Assembly (NCBI GenBank): GCA_037129895.1
Contig: JBAXUB010000004.1
Coordinates: 60 to 64,059, forward strand
DNA length: 64,000 nt
From: Candidatus Tayloriibacteriota bacterium
GTDB taxonomy: Bacteria; Patescibacteriota; Minisyncoccia; Phycocordibacterales; PALSA-1337
Direction: 5' to 3'
How positions within the stretch are numbered: the first letter of the stretch is position 1; each line of letters opens with the position of its first letter. Below are positions 10,143-19,388 of the stretch, one piece after another. The notes under the pieces are model-generated. The model did no database searches, was not told the origin of the DNA, and saw only the letters and a program-made list of their open reading frames with translations. The position numbers and the translations under genes were made by a program.

Positions 10143-10212
10143 ACAATATCAAACACATGATAAAGAAATGATGAAATTTGTCTCAAGAAACGATAAAGAA
10201 ATGATTAAGACG

Positions 10213-10273
10213 CCTCGACACGTTGCAGAGGTCTGACCTCTGCAGCATAACGTCGAGTGTAGAGGTCTGACCT
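10213..10273. promoter_or_regulatory. palindromic AGAGGTCtGACCTCT element pair in divergent intergenic region upstream of tuf
   Basis: Two copies of agaggtctgacct 22 bp apart, embedded in a larger inverted repeat ctcgac...gtcgag. Confidence 0.4.
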
Positions 10274-10425
10274 ATGCAAAAAATTTGCGCAAAAACTCGA
10301 CTTGTGTTAAGCTACTCCCACGCGCCTACAAAGCGTTTTATAAGCTATTAATAATTTATCTTTGGTTCTCATCGTTTGCTACTATCACGCGCATGCGATA
10401 GGACCCAAAGCACTAAAACAATAAT

Positions 10426-11613
10426 ATGGCCACAGAATTCAATCGTACAAAGCCGCACGTTAATGTTGGTACAATCGGACACATTGACCACGGGAAGTCT
10501 ACTTTGACAGCCGCTCTTTTGGCAGTTCAAGCCAAGAAAGGTCTAGCAAACGTCAAGGCTTATGCAGACATTACAAAGGGAGGAACAGTTCGTGATGCAA
10601 CAAAGACAGTTACTATTTCTTTGTCTCACGTAGAATATGAGTCTCCTACACGTCACTACGCTCACATCGACTGTCCAGGACACGCTGACTTTATCAAGAA
10701 CATGATTACTGGTGCCGCTCAAATGGACGGTGCTATCCTCGTGGTATCTGCTACAGACGGTGTTATGCCTCAGACACGTGAACACGTTCTATTGGCTTAC
10801 CAAGTTGGTGTTCCAAAGATCGTAGTATTTTTGAACAAGTGTGATCTAGTACCAGAAACAGACCTTATTGACCTTGTTGAGGAAGAGGTGCGTGAACTTC
10901 TCACAAAGAATAAGTTCGATGGAAAGAATATTCCAGTTATCCGTGGTTCAGCTTCGAATGCTCTAGCAGGTGATGCTGAATGGTCAAAGAAGATCGATGA
11001 GCTCATGAATGCTCTCGATACATATATCCCAACACCAGTTCGTGAGATCGACAAGCCATTCCTAATGCCTATCGAAGACATTTTCTCTATCGAAGGACGC
11101 GGAACTGTGGTTACAGGTCGTATCGAGCGCGGTATCATCAAAGTTGGTGAGGAAGTTGAGATCGTTGGCTTCAAAGATACATCAAAGACAGTCATCACAG
11201 GTATCGAGATGTTCAATAAGTCTTTGAAGGAAGGTATGGCAGGAGATAATGCTGGTCTACTATTGCGCGGTACAGGCAAGGATGATGTATCACGCGGTCA
11301 AGTTTTGGCCAAGGCAGGATCAGTCAAACCTCATACAGAATTCGAAGCTGAAGTTTACGTTTTGAAGAAAGAAGAGGGAGGTCGCCACACACCATTCTTC
11401 ACAGGTTACAAGCCTCAGTTCTATATCAGAACAACAGACGTAACAGGTGAGGTAACATTGCCAGAGAAGGTAGAAATGGTTATGCCAGGTGATACAGTTA
11501 CATTCAAAGTCAAACTCGTTGCTCCAGTCGCCCTCGAGGACAAGCAGCGTTTCGCAGTTCGTGAAGGTGGCAAGACAGTAGGTGCAGGAGTTGTAACAAA
11601 GATCGTCGCTTAG
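10426..11613 (+). CDS. tuf: elongation factor Tu
   Basis: [17 protein letters not shown] and NKCD GTPase motifs. 395 aa. Confidence 0.97.
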   Translation: MATEFNRTKPHVNVGTIGHIDHGKSTLTAALLAVQAKKGLANVKAYADITKGGTVRDATKTVTISLSHVEYESPTRHYAHIDCPGHADFIKNMITGAAQMDGAILVVSATDGVMPQTREHVLLAYQVGVPKIVVFLNKCDLVPETDLIDLVEEEVRELLTKNKFDGKNIPVIRGSASNALAGDAEWSKKIDELMNALDTYIPTPVREIDKPFLMPIEDIFSIEGRGTVVTGRIERGIIKVGEEVEIVGFKDTSKTVITGIEMFNKSLKEGMAGDNAGLLLRGTGKDDVSRGQVLAKAGSVKPHTEFEAEVYVLKKEEGGRHTPFFTGYKPQFYIRTTDVTGEVTLPEKVEMVMPGDTVTFKVKLVAPVALEDKQRFAVREGGKTVGAGVVTKIVA

Positions 11614-11693
11614 TGAGATTGAAAATGTAAATATCAAAATAGAAAAGTGTTAGAACATTTTAAATTTTGAATTTTCATTTTTGCCTTAATATC

Positions 11694-12092
11694 ATGTCAA
11701 CAAAAGATACAATCAAAGACGAAGTAATCCCAAAGTCTGCCGTAAAGCGAGCCCCTCGCGTAAAGAAATCCAAAGCTGTAGGTGAGGCACCACATCTCCG
11801 GATTCGAGTGAGAGCTTATGAACACAAGATCTTGGACGCTTCATTGAAACAGATCATGGATACCGCCGCTCGATATGATGCGGAGATACATGGTCCAGTT
11901 CCACTACCGACTGAGATCAAGAAGTACACGGTTAACCGCTCCTCATTCATTGACAAGAATTCTAGAGAACAGTTCGAGATGAGGGTTCACAAGAGACTTA
12001 TCGATATTATCAACCCAAATCCGAAAGTTATCGAAGCGTTGACCAACTTGAGTTTGCCGTCCGGAGTGAATATAGATGTGAAGATGATGTAA
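11694..12092 (+). CDS. rpsJ: 30S ribosomal protein S10
   Basis: LRIRVRAYEH...HKRLIDI core of S10. Start placed at MSTKD (ORF opens at 11667). Confidence 0.85.
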   Translation: MSTKDTIKDEVIPKSAVKRAPRVKKSKAVGEAPHLRIRVRAYEHKILDASLKQIMDTAARYDAEIHGPVPLPTEIKKYTVNRSSFIDKNSREQFEMRVHKRLIDIINPNPKVIEALTNLSLPSGVNIDVKMM

Positions 12093-12109
12093 GCAATTGA
12101 AATAAATGA

Positions 12110-12200
12110 TGAAAAGGGATTGAAGGGGACTTGTGAGCGCGACCGGCGCGAACACGAGGAATTTCCTAGCAAGGAAATATCCGTGCCCCTCACATTCTTT
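12110..12200 (-). repeat. structured repeat family copy C: 65-nt core GGGGCACGG...CAAGTCCCC (reverse orientation) with imperfect inverted flanks
   Basis: Core 12125..12189 is the reverse complement of the cores at 35148..35212 and 39782..39846. Compensatory changes occur in two internal hairpins. Confidence 0.7.
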
Positions 12201-12227
12201 TCCATCTTTTATTTTCACGAAAATACC

Positions 12228-12845
12228 ATGAAATTTATATTAGGAAGAAAACTCAATATGACACAGATCTACGATGCCTCAGGCAAGGCTGTTCCAGTAA
12301 CAGCAGTGCAGGTTCGAGGTAATACTGTAGTTCAAGTCCGTACAAAGGAAGCTGATGGTTATGAAGCTGTACAGATAGGTGAAGGTACACGCAATCCTGG
12401 CCGCATCGCAAAACCACAGAAGGGTCATTTCAAGGACCTAGGTTCTTTCGCATCAGTTTGTGAGTTCCGAATGGATGCACCAACACTCAAAGTTGGCGAC
12501 AAGATGGAACTTTCTCAATTCAAGCTCGGTGATAGTGTCGTAGTCAGTGCCATCTCCAAGGGTAAAGGTTTCCAAGGTGTAGTCAAGAGACATGGTTTCC
12601 ATGGAGGCCCTAGAACTCACGGTCAGAAGCACTCTGAACGCGAGCCAGGTTCTATCGGTGGAGGTCTACGCACACACGTACCAGTAGGTATGCGCATGGC
12701 CGGCAGAATGGGAAGTGATAGGGTTACGGTAAAGAACCTAACAGTTGCCCATATTGACCAAGAGGACTCAGTAATGTATGTTTCTGGAGCAATACCAGGA
12801 CATAGAGGGACATTAGTGGAGATAGTGTCAGAAGGTAAAATGTAG
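12228..12845 (+). CDS. rplC: 50S ribosomal protein L3
   Basis: MKFILGRKLNMTQIYD...VTAVQV N-terminus of L3. Start at the internal Met (12228). Confidence 0.9.
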   Translation: MKFILGRKLNMTQIYDASGKAVPVTAVQVRGNTVVQVRTKEADGYEAVQIGEGTRNPGRIAKPQKGHFKDLGSFASVCEFRMDAPTLKVGDKMELSQFKLGDSVVVSAISKGKGFQGVVKRHGFHGGPRTHGQKHSEREPGSIGGGLRTHVPVGMRMAGRMGSDRVTVKNLTVAHIDQEDSVMYVSGAIPGHRGTLVEIVSEGKM

Positions 12846-12898
12846 AAGGTAAAATCAAAAATTTTCAATTTTAACCTTTCAATTTTAAATTAATTATC

Positions 12899-13564
12899 AT
12901 GGAATCAAAAATATACAATCAAACAGGTAAGCCGGTAGGCAGCATCAATCTTCCAGAAAGTATTTTTGGTGTGCCATGGAATGCAGACCTAGTACACGAA
13001 GTTGTTCGTCTCATGAATTCCAATTCAAGGACCAATATCGCTCATACAAAGACTCGCGGAGAAGTCCGTGGTGGAGGAAAGAAACCTTGGAAGCAGAAAG
13101 GTACAGGACGCGCACGTCACGGATCATCACGTTCTCCTATCTGGGTTGGTGGAGGAGTTGCTCACGGTCCTAGAAATGACAAGAATTTTGATCGTAAGAT
13201 CAACAAGAAGGCTCGTGCAAAGGCCTTGTACACTATCCTTTCTCGTAAATTCAAAGAAGGTGAAATATTATTCGTAGATTCATTCAATTTTGTAGCACCA
13301 AAGGCCTCTCAGGCAAAGAGTATACTCGGTTCGTTGGCTTCTATAAAAGGATTTGAGAAATTGTCTACAAAGAAGGCAAATACAGCTATCATCGCTATGG
13401 AAAAGAAGTCAAAGAACATAGAAAAGAGTTTTCAAAACTTTGGTAACGTAGCTGTTGAGGAATTCCGCAATATCAATCCAGTTTCAGTATTGAATCACAC
13501 ATATTTGATAGTAATGAATCCAGCCGAATCATTGAAAGCATTAACAGCAAAGACAGCAAAATAA
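12899..13564 (+). CDS. rplD: 50S ribosomal protein L4
   Basis: GGGKKPWKQKGTGRARHGS motif. Confidence 0.9.
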   Translation: MESKIYNQTGKPVGSINLPESIFGVPWNADLVHEVVRLMNSNSRTNIAHTKTRGEVRGGGKKPWKQKGTGRARHGSSRSPIWVGGGVAHGPRNDKNFDRKINKKARAKALYTILSRKFKEGEILFVDSFNFVAPKASQAKSILGSLASIKGFEKLSTKKANTAIIAMEKKSKNIEKSFQNFGNVAVEEFRNINPVSVLNHTYLIVMNPAESLKALTAKTAK

Positions 13565-13574
13565 TATCAATACC

Positions 13575-14060
13575 ATGGCTATATTTGGATTCAAAAAAAG
13601 AAAAGACGAGAAACTACAACAGTCAGCTGTTGCGACGAAGAATGTTGCAGCAAAGACTGCAAAGAAGCATGTCGTAGTCCCAAAGAAACAAGAGGGAGGC
13701 AAGAAAGAAGTGGTCAAGGAAGCTGATTCTAAGGTTCTCATAACCAAGCCTTCAAAGGCAGTTGTAGTACCTGTTAGTAGTTTCACTAACGTTTCTGGTG
13801 CTATAATCAGACCTCGAGTAACTGAGAAGTCGGGACTACTCAGTCAAGATGGCCGCTATACATTCGAGGTTCAAAAGGATTCAAACAAGAAATCTATATC
13901 CGACGCAGTCAATGCCCTATACAAAGTCAGACCTATTAAAGTCACAGTTATCAATACACCAACTAAGAATGTATTCGTAAAAGGTCGCAAAGGAACAGTC
14001 GCAGGCATAAGGAAAGCTATTGTGACTCTAAAGAAAGGGGACAAGATCGATTTCGTATAA
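13575..14060 (+). CDS. rplW: 50S ribosomal protein L23 (with K-rich N-terminal extension)
   Basis: C-terminal L23 core. Conserved position between L4 and L2. Confidence 0.8.
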   Translation: MAIFGFKKRKDEKLQQSAVATKNVAAKTAKKHVVVPKKQEGGKKEVVKEADSKVLITKPSKAVVVPVSSFTNVSGAIIRPRVTEKSGLLSQDGRYTFEVQKDSNKKSISDAVNALYKVRPIKVTVINTPTKNVFVKGRKGTVAGIRKAIVTLKKGDKIDFV

Positions 14061-14095
14061 TTTCCATTTAATTTTTCCATTTTACATTAACTACC

Positions 14096-14950
14096 ATGAA
14101 AACATACCGACCAACATCCAAATCACGCCGACATATGACGGTTTTGCCGTTCAAGGAATATGTTACAGCGAGTGAGCCACACAAGGCCCTAACTCAAGGC
14201 TTCAAGCGCGACATGGGTCGTAATGCATTTGGTCGTATCACCGTTCGTCACAAAGGTGGAGGTCACAAGAAACTCTATCGTATGATCGACTTCATATATG
14301 ACAAGAAGGACATAATCGCTACAGTAAAGACTGTTGAATACGATCCATTCCGAACAGGATATATCGGTATTGTTAATTACAAGGATGGAGCAAAGAGATA
14401 TGTCTTGCTTCCAAAGACTATGAAAGTTGGTAATTCATTCATAGTATCTGAGAATGCTCCTATCGAGACAGGTAACCGTTTACCTCTAAAGAAGATTCCA
14501 GTTGGTACATATATTTATAATATAGAGGTCAAGCCTGGTTCTGGTGCAAAGTTGGTTCGTTCTGCAGGATCATTCGCTCAGGTAGTTGCTAATGACGCAG
14601 GATATACTCACATCAAGATGCCTTCAACAGAAGTTCGTAAGATTCACGAGGATGCATGGGCTTCTATCGGTGCCGTATCGAATGAAGAGAATCGTCTAGT
14701 CAATATTGGTAAAGCCGGTCGTTCACGTTGGATGGGTATCCGTCCTACAGTTCGTGGTTCTGCTCAAAACCCTGTTGACCATCCATATGGTGGAGGAGAA
14801 CAGAGAAGTGGTCGCGGTCTACGCAGATTGAAAACTCGATGGGGCAAGCCAGCAGGTAAGGGTCAAAAGACTCGTCGTCCAAAGAAGTATTCAAACGTTT
14901 TCGTTGTTTCGAGACGTGTTCCAGGAAAGAATATGACAGCCGCTTCATAA
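14096..14950 (+). CDS. rplB: 50S ribosomal protein L2
   Basis: GRNAFGRITVRHKGGGHKKLYR motif. Confidence 0.95.
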   Translation: MKTYRPTSKSRRHMTVLPFKEYVTASEPHKALTQGFKRDMGRNAFGRITVRHKGGGHKKLYRMIDFIYDKKDIIATVKTVEYDPFRTGYIGIVNYKDGAKRYVLLPKTMKVGNSFIVSENAPIETGNRLPLKKIPVGTYIYNIEVKPGSGAKLVRSAGSFAQVVANDAGYTHIKMPSTEVRKIHEDAWASIGAVSNEENRLVNIGKAGRSRWMGIRPTVRGSAQNPVDHPYGGGEQRSGRGLRRLKTRWGKPAGKGQKTRRPKKYSNVFVVSRRVPGKNMTAAS

Positions 14951-14959
14951 TAGATACCA

Positions 14960-14998
14960 TAAAAAAACCGTTAGATACACATTCTAACGGTTTTTTTG
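14960..14998. terminator. rho-independent terminator inside the r-protein cluster
   Basis: Hairpin aaccgttaga-tacacat-tctaacggtt flanked by an A7 run and a T7 run. Confidence 0.55.
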
Positions 14999-15161
14999 AT
15001 GTGTGGGTATTGTTGATAGAATGTATTCTCAAACGCGATATTTAGTATATACTTATGTAAATGTATAAACTATTCGTAAAGATGGGAAAAAGTGCAGTAA
15101 CACTAATAATGCGCCTCATACTTGGAAGATAGGCTATAGTTATTATTTTATAATATAGTCC

Positions 15162-15190
15162 TTGACTTCAAAGCACGGCTCTGTTAACAT
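15162..15190 (+). promoter_or_regulatory. candidate sigma70-type promoter for rpsS
   Basis: TTGACT, 17-nt spacer, TAACAT. Sits 40 nt upstream of the rpsS start. Confidence 0.4.
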
Positions 15191-15229
15191 GGCTCATGAG
15201 TCCACAAGGGCTTATTTTATTCTATTTTT

Positions 15230-15580
15230 ATGTCACGATCACTTAAAAAAGGCCCATACGTCGAAGAGAGATTGCTACGCAAGATCTTGGGTAAAAAGCC
15301 TGCAACAGCTGGTACTATAAAGACATGGGCACGCCGCTCTCAAATCTCACCAGAAATGGTTGGCTTTACTTTTGGTGTACACAATGGCAAGGCACATATT
15401 GATGTATTTGTAACCGAGGATATGGTAGGACACCGCCTCGGTGAATTTTCGCCTACACGTAAGTTCGTACGCCATGGAGGTAAGATGCAAAAGGAGCTCG
15501 AAATGAAAGCCAAGGAAGCTGAGATGACAGCCGCCAAGTCTGCTAAGGAAGCCGCTACTGCCGTAGTTGCCAAAAAATAA
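15230..15580 (+). CDS. rpsS: 30S ribosomal protein S19 (K/A-rich C-terminal extension)
   Basis: SLKKGPY...[13 protein letters not shown] motifs. Confidence 0.9.
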   Translation: MSRSLKKGPYVEERLLRKILGKKPATAGTIKTWARRSQISPEMVGFTFGVHNGKAHIDVFVTEDMVGHRLGEFSPTRKFVRHGGKMQKELEMKAKEAEMTAAKSAKEAATAVVAKK

Positions 15581-15589
15581 TACACTGCC

Positions 15590-16003
15590 ATGATCACCGC
15601 CTCATTAAAGAATTACAGAATAGCACCACGTAAAGTCCGTCTAGTTGCAGACATGATACGAGGCAAGAGTGTTATCCAAGCTGAAAATATCTTGGTTGGT
15701 GCAGTCAAGAAAGCAACAAACCCACTCGGCGATCTATTGGCGTCAGCAGTAGCCAATGCATCTCATAATTTCAAGATTGAGAAAGATGCACTTTTCGTAA
15801 AGGAGATCCGTGTTGATCAGGGATATGTTTTGAAGCGCAGCCAACCTATGGCACGAGGTTCAGCTTTTCCTATAAAGAAGAGAACGAGTCATGTCACATT
15901 GACACTCGCTCCTATAGAAGCAAAGGTAAAGAAGCAAGCAGGAAAGAACAAGAAGCAAGGAGAAGAGAGCAAGGCAAAAGCAGCAAAGGTTGCAAAGAAA
16001 TAA
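15590..16003 (+). CDS. rplV: 50S ribosomal protein L22 (K-rich C-terminal extension)
   Basis: L22 fold signature. Expected position in the cluster. Confidence 0.85.
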   Translation: MITASLKNYRIAPRKVRLVADMIRGKSVIQAENILVGAVKKATNPLGDLLASAVANASHNFKIEKDALFVKEIRVDQGYVLKRSQPMARGSAFPIKKRTSHVTLTLAPIEAKVKKQAGKNKKQGEESKAKAAKVAKK

Positions 16004-16016
16004 TAAATTTACCAAA

Positions 16017-16694
16017 ATGTCACACACCGTACATCCATATTCACATAGACTAGGAATCATACGCGACTGGAAGAGCCGATGGTTTTCTTCTGATAAGCTA
16101 TATCGAACATCATTGAAAGGGGACCTCATCATTCGAGAATTCCTACAGAAAGAATTGCGTGCGAACTACGTTGGTGGTTTGGATATAGAGCGCAATCAGA
16201 AAGTTCTACGCGTTATAGTGAAGACTTCTCGCCCAGGTATGCTCATCGGCAAGTCTGGTGATGGAGTCGTCAAACTTCGCGAGAAAATATTGAAGCTATT
16301 ACGCAAAAACAAGGTTGAGCTAAAGAGTGTTGAACTCAAGCTCGACATAGAAGAGATCCGCAGTCCAGAATCGAATGCCGCTATAGCAGCTATGATGGTT
16401 GCAGAGTCACTAGAGAAGCGTCTACCATTCCGACGTGTTATGAAGCAGACAATCGAGAAGGTTATGGCCAATAGAGATGTAAAGGGTATCCGTATCCGTC
16501 TCGGAGGTCGTCTAGGTGGTGCGGAGATCGCACGCTCAGAAGAGCTCAAGAAAGGTCAAGTTCCACTTCAGACATTGCGTGCGGATATCGACTTTGCTCG
16601 TGAGAAGGCACACATGACTTATGGAGACATAGGTATCAAGGTTTGGATATATAAGGGTGAGATATTCAAGAAGGACCAAGTCGTAGCCAAGTAA
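16017..16694 (+). CDS. rpsC: 30S ribosomal protein S3
   Basis: VHPYSHRLGIIRDWKSRWF N-terminus, KH domain. Start at the internal Met. Confidence 0.9.
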   Translation: MSHTVHPYSHRLGIIRDWKSRWFSSDKLYRTSLKGDLIIREFLQKELRANYVGGLDIERNQKVLRVIVKTSRPGMLIGKSGDGVVKLREKILKLLRKNKVELKSVELKLDIEEIRSPESNAAIAAMMVAESLEKRLPFRRVMKQTIEKVMANRDVKGIRIRLGGRLGGAEIARSEELKKGQVPLQTLRADIDFAREKAHMTYGDIGIKVWIYKGEIFKKDQVVAK

Positions 16695-16730
16695 TTTCCA
16701 TTTTAACTTTTCAATTTTCATCAAACTACC

Positions 16731-17156
16731 ATGTTATTTCCTAAAAAAGTAAAACATCGCAAGTGGTTCACAATGCGTACTCATCCTGACAAGGAAATGT
16801 CGCACGCTGATACACGTGGAGTAAAATTGGCTTTCGGTTCTTTTGGATTGAAGGCTATGAAATATTCTCGTATCACATCTAACCAGATCGAAGCTGCTCG
16901 TAAGGTCATGGCACGCTATGCTACAAAGTCTGGAAAAGTTTGGATCAGAATTTTCCCGGATCATCCTTTTACACAGAAACCTGCAGAAGTGAAAATGGGA
17001 AAAGGAAAAGGTGATCCAGTTGGCTTTATCGCCGAGGTGAAGCCAGGTCGCATCATGTTCGAGATCGACGGAGTAGATGCAGTCGTTGCTGCAGAGGCAC
17101 TTCGTAAGGCGGGAACAAAGTTGCCAGTCAAGACAAAAGTAGTCTCGAGAATGTAA
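16731..17156 (+). CDS. rplP: 50S ribosomal protein L16
   Basis: MLFPKKVKHRK N-terminus and L16 core. Confidence 0.9.
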   Translation: MLFPKKVKHRKWFTMRTHPDKEMSHADTRGVKLAFGSFGLKAMKYSRITSNQIEAARKVMARYATKSGKVWIRIFPDHPFTQKPAEVKMGKGKGDPVGFIAEVKPGRIMFEIDGVDAVVAAEALRKAGTKLPVKTKVVSRM

Positions 17157-17171
17157 TCAATACCAAATACC

Positions 17172-17378
17172 ATGAAAATGAAAGAAATCGTAAATAAGAA
17201 TAATTCAGACCTGAATCGTCTCATCACCGAGAAGAGAGAGGCTTTGAGAGCATTCAGATTTGGTTCTGCTGGCTCAAAGACAAAGAACGTCAAGGAAGGC
17301 CGAGGTATCAGGAAGGACATCGCACGCATAATGACGGAGCTAGCAAATGTAAAAGTAAAAATGGAAAATGGAAAATGA
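17172..17378 (+). CDS. rpmC: 50S ribosomal protein L29
   Basis: Small helical protein with LRAFRF motif. Expected position. Confidence 0.8.
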   Translation: MKMKEIVNKNNSDLNRLITEKREALRAFRFGSAGSKTKNVKEGRGIRKDIARIMTELANVKVKMENGK

Positions 17379-17467
17379 TGGACTGGAATTGTATTTTCCA
17401 TTTTAATATTTCAATTTTACATTAACTATAGACAAACACAGATAAATCAAGTAATATCAAACCCCAC

Positions 17468-17725
17468 ATGACAACAATCAAAACAACTGAAAATACACCA
17501 AAACGCCAGACATTTTCCGGTGTTGTTGTATCTGACAAGATGAAGGATACTACCGTAGTTGTCGTAGAGAGATACATCAAGCATGCAAAGTATCACAAGT
17601 TTTCAACAAAGAGGACAAAGATCTTGGCTCATGACCCAGGTAATACAAAGAAGATAGGAGACAAGGCCACGGTTGAAGCATGCAGACCAATATCCAAGAG
17701 AAAGGCATTCAAGATAATCGCATAA
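17468..17725 (+). CDS. rpsQ: 30S ribosomal protein S17
   Basis: GVVVSDKM..TVVV OB-fold signature. Confidence 0.9.
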   Translation: MTTIKTTENTPKRQTFSGVVVSDKMKDTTVVVVERYIKHAKYHKFSTKRTKILAHDPGNTKKIGDKATVEACRPISKRKAFKIIA

Positions 17726-17729
17726 TACC

Positions 17730-18101
17730 ATGATACAACCAAGAACGATCGTAAATATAGCAGACAATTCCGGAGCAAAGATCGGACGCATCTTCAAGGT
17801 ACTTGGTGCTACGAGAAAGCGCTATGCAGAGATCGGTGAGGTTGTCGTTCTATCAGTTCAGAAAGCAGAGCCTCGCAAGGCGATCAAGAAGAAAGACGTT
17901 TTGCATGCCGTAGTTGTCCGTCAAGTCAAACCTACACGACGTAAGGATGGTTCATATATACGTTTTGATGAGAATGCAGTCGTTATCATCGAAAAGGACA
18001 AGAAAGAACCAATCGCAGGACGTATATTCGGTCCTATACCTCGTGAAGTCGCCGAGGCAGGCTTCAAGACGATCGCTTCAAAGGCAGCTGAAATCGTATA
18101 A
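17730..18101 (+). CDS. rplN: 50S ribosomal protein L14
   Basis: MIQPRTIVNIADNSGAK N-terminus. Confidence 0.95.
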   Translation: MIQPRTIVNIADNSGAKIGRIFKVLGATRKRYAEIGEVVVLSVQKAEPRKAIKKKDVLHAVVVRQVKPTRRKDGSYIRFDENAVVIIEKDKKEPIAGRIFGPIPREVAEAGFKTIASKAAEIV

Positions 18102-18151
18102 TATTGTAGCGAAATTTTCCATTTTAACTTTTAAATTTTCCACTTACTACC

Positions 18152-18370
18152 ATGCATATCAAAAAAGGAGACACAGTCAAAATACTTTCAGGCGACGACA
18201 AGGGTAAAACCGGCAAAGTTGTAAAGGCTTTTCCTGCAACGAACAAGATCATTGTCGAGAAGGTGAATACTGTAAAGAAGCATGAGCGAGCTCGCAAAGA
18301 AGGCCAGAAAGGTCAGACAGTCGAAGTCGCTATGCCATTCGATGCTTCAAAGGCAGTAAAGACTGCATAA
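18152..18370 (+). CDS. rplX: 50S ribosomal protein L24 (short)
   Basis: IKKGDTVKILSGDDKGKTGKV KOW motif. Confidence 0.85.
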   Translation: MHIKKGDTVKILSGDDKGKTGKVVKAFPATNKIIVEKVNTVKKHERARKEGQKGQTVEVAMPFDASKAVKTA

Positions 18371-18406
18371 TTTTCCATTTTAACTTTTAAATTTAACATC
18401 AATACC

Positions 18407-18964
18407 ATGGCTTACAAATCCGTATACGAATTAAATAAAGATTCATTCAAGACATTGAAGGAACCATTGGGTCTCAAGAATCCAATGCAGACACCTCGCC
18501 TAGTCAAGGTAGTCATTTCTAGTGGTTTCGGTTCTGTGAAGGATAAAAAGAAGATCGAGATCATGGCAGACAGACTGGCTCGTATCACTGGCCAGAAGCC
18601 TGCTGTTCGTGTCACAAAGAAAGCTATAGCAACATTCAAGACTCGTGTTGGTGACCCTATCGGTTATCAGATCACACTTCGTGGTAAAAGGATGTGTGAA
18701 TTCTTGGATAGACTCATACACATTTCATTACCTCGAACAAAGGACTTCCGCGGCCTAGCCCGAACATCAGTTGATGCGATGGGGAACTACACGATCGGAG
18801 TGAAGGAACATACTATCTTCGCTGAGACTTCAGATGAAGACCTCAAGGATGTATTTGGTTTCGCTATCACTATCGTGACGACTTCGGATAACAAGAAATC
18901 GACATTGGCGTTTCTAGAATACTTGGGCATGCCTCTAAAGAAGGAAGGGGAGATAAAGAAATAG
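18407..18964 (+). CDS. rplE: 50S ribosomal protein L5
   Basis: PRLVKVVISSGFG motif and L5 core. Confidence 0.9.
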   Translation: MAYKSVYELNKDSFKTLKEPLGLKNPMQTPRLVKVVISSGFGSVKDKKKIEIMADRLARITGQKPAVRVTKKAIATFKTRVGDPIGYQITLRGKRMCEFLDRLIHISLPRTKDFRGLARTSVDAMGNYTIGVKEHTIFAETSDEDLKDVFGFAITIVTTSDNKKSTLAFLEYLGMPLKKEGEIKK

Positions 18965-19010
18965 GTTTTGTAGGCTCTAAAAGTGAATATATATTGAGAA
19001 AACTAGGCCC

Positions 19011-19039
19011 TTGACAGCCTAGTTCTCGTATGCTATACT
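19011..19039 (+). promoter_or_regulatory. candidate sigma70 promoter (TTGACA-17-TATACT) upstream of the DGR target gene
   Basis: Near-consensus -35 and -10 with 17-nt spacer. Preceded by an 8-bp hairpin aactaggc/gcctagtt. Confidence 0.5.
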
Positions 19040-19093
19040 TGTAATAGGTTCCTCATCCGGCGAAACATAATAAACCTCAAAAAAAGGAATAGA

Positions 19094-19285
19094 ATGAATC
19101 GCAGGAAAAACCGAGTGGATCACGCAATTGACAAGATGGAGTCGCTTCAGTACTTGTACTTCGCGGCTTGGGGTATAGTGCTCATAGGTGCGGTAAGAGC
19201 AGTCTTATACGCCTTCGGCATGAAACTCACCCAGTGTTGGGTGGATGCGCCGCTACGGTGGCTTGTCCATTTCATGGGTTTCTGA
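19094..19285 (+). CDS. small hypothetical membrane protein
   Basis: ORF with one hydrophobic helix. Low support. Confidence 0.25.
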   Translation: MNRRKNRVDHAIDKMESLQYLYFAAWGIVLIGAVRAVLYAFGMKLTQCWVDAPLRWLVHFMGF

Positions 19286-19388
19286 TTAATAACGTGATTC
19301 ATAAAAGACTTGCTCAAAAGGCAGGTCTTTTTCTATACGTCATGATATATTATTTTCTAAACTATTCAGATTATGTTAATATATTGAT

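Noticed and set aside
10797-11279. Antisense ORFs inside tuf and the r-protein genes (e.g. 10797..11279, 11320..11637, 16961..17401).
   Set aside because: They lie opposite highly conserved genes, have biased composition and no motifs. They are spurious frames.
12125-12189. Hammerhead or other small self-cleaving ribozyme in the 65-nt core (CUGCUGA...AAAA resembles CUGAnGA/GAAA).
   Set aside because: Stem II between the two boxes is missing and a three-helix junction cannot be drawn. The resemblance is superficial.
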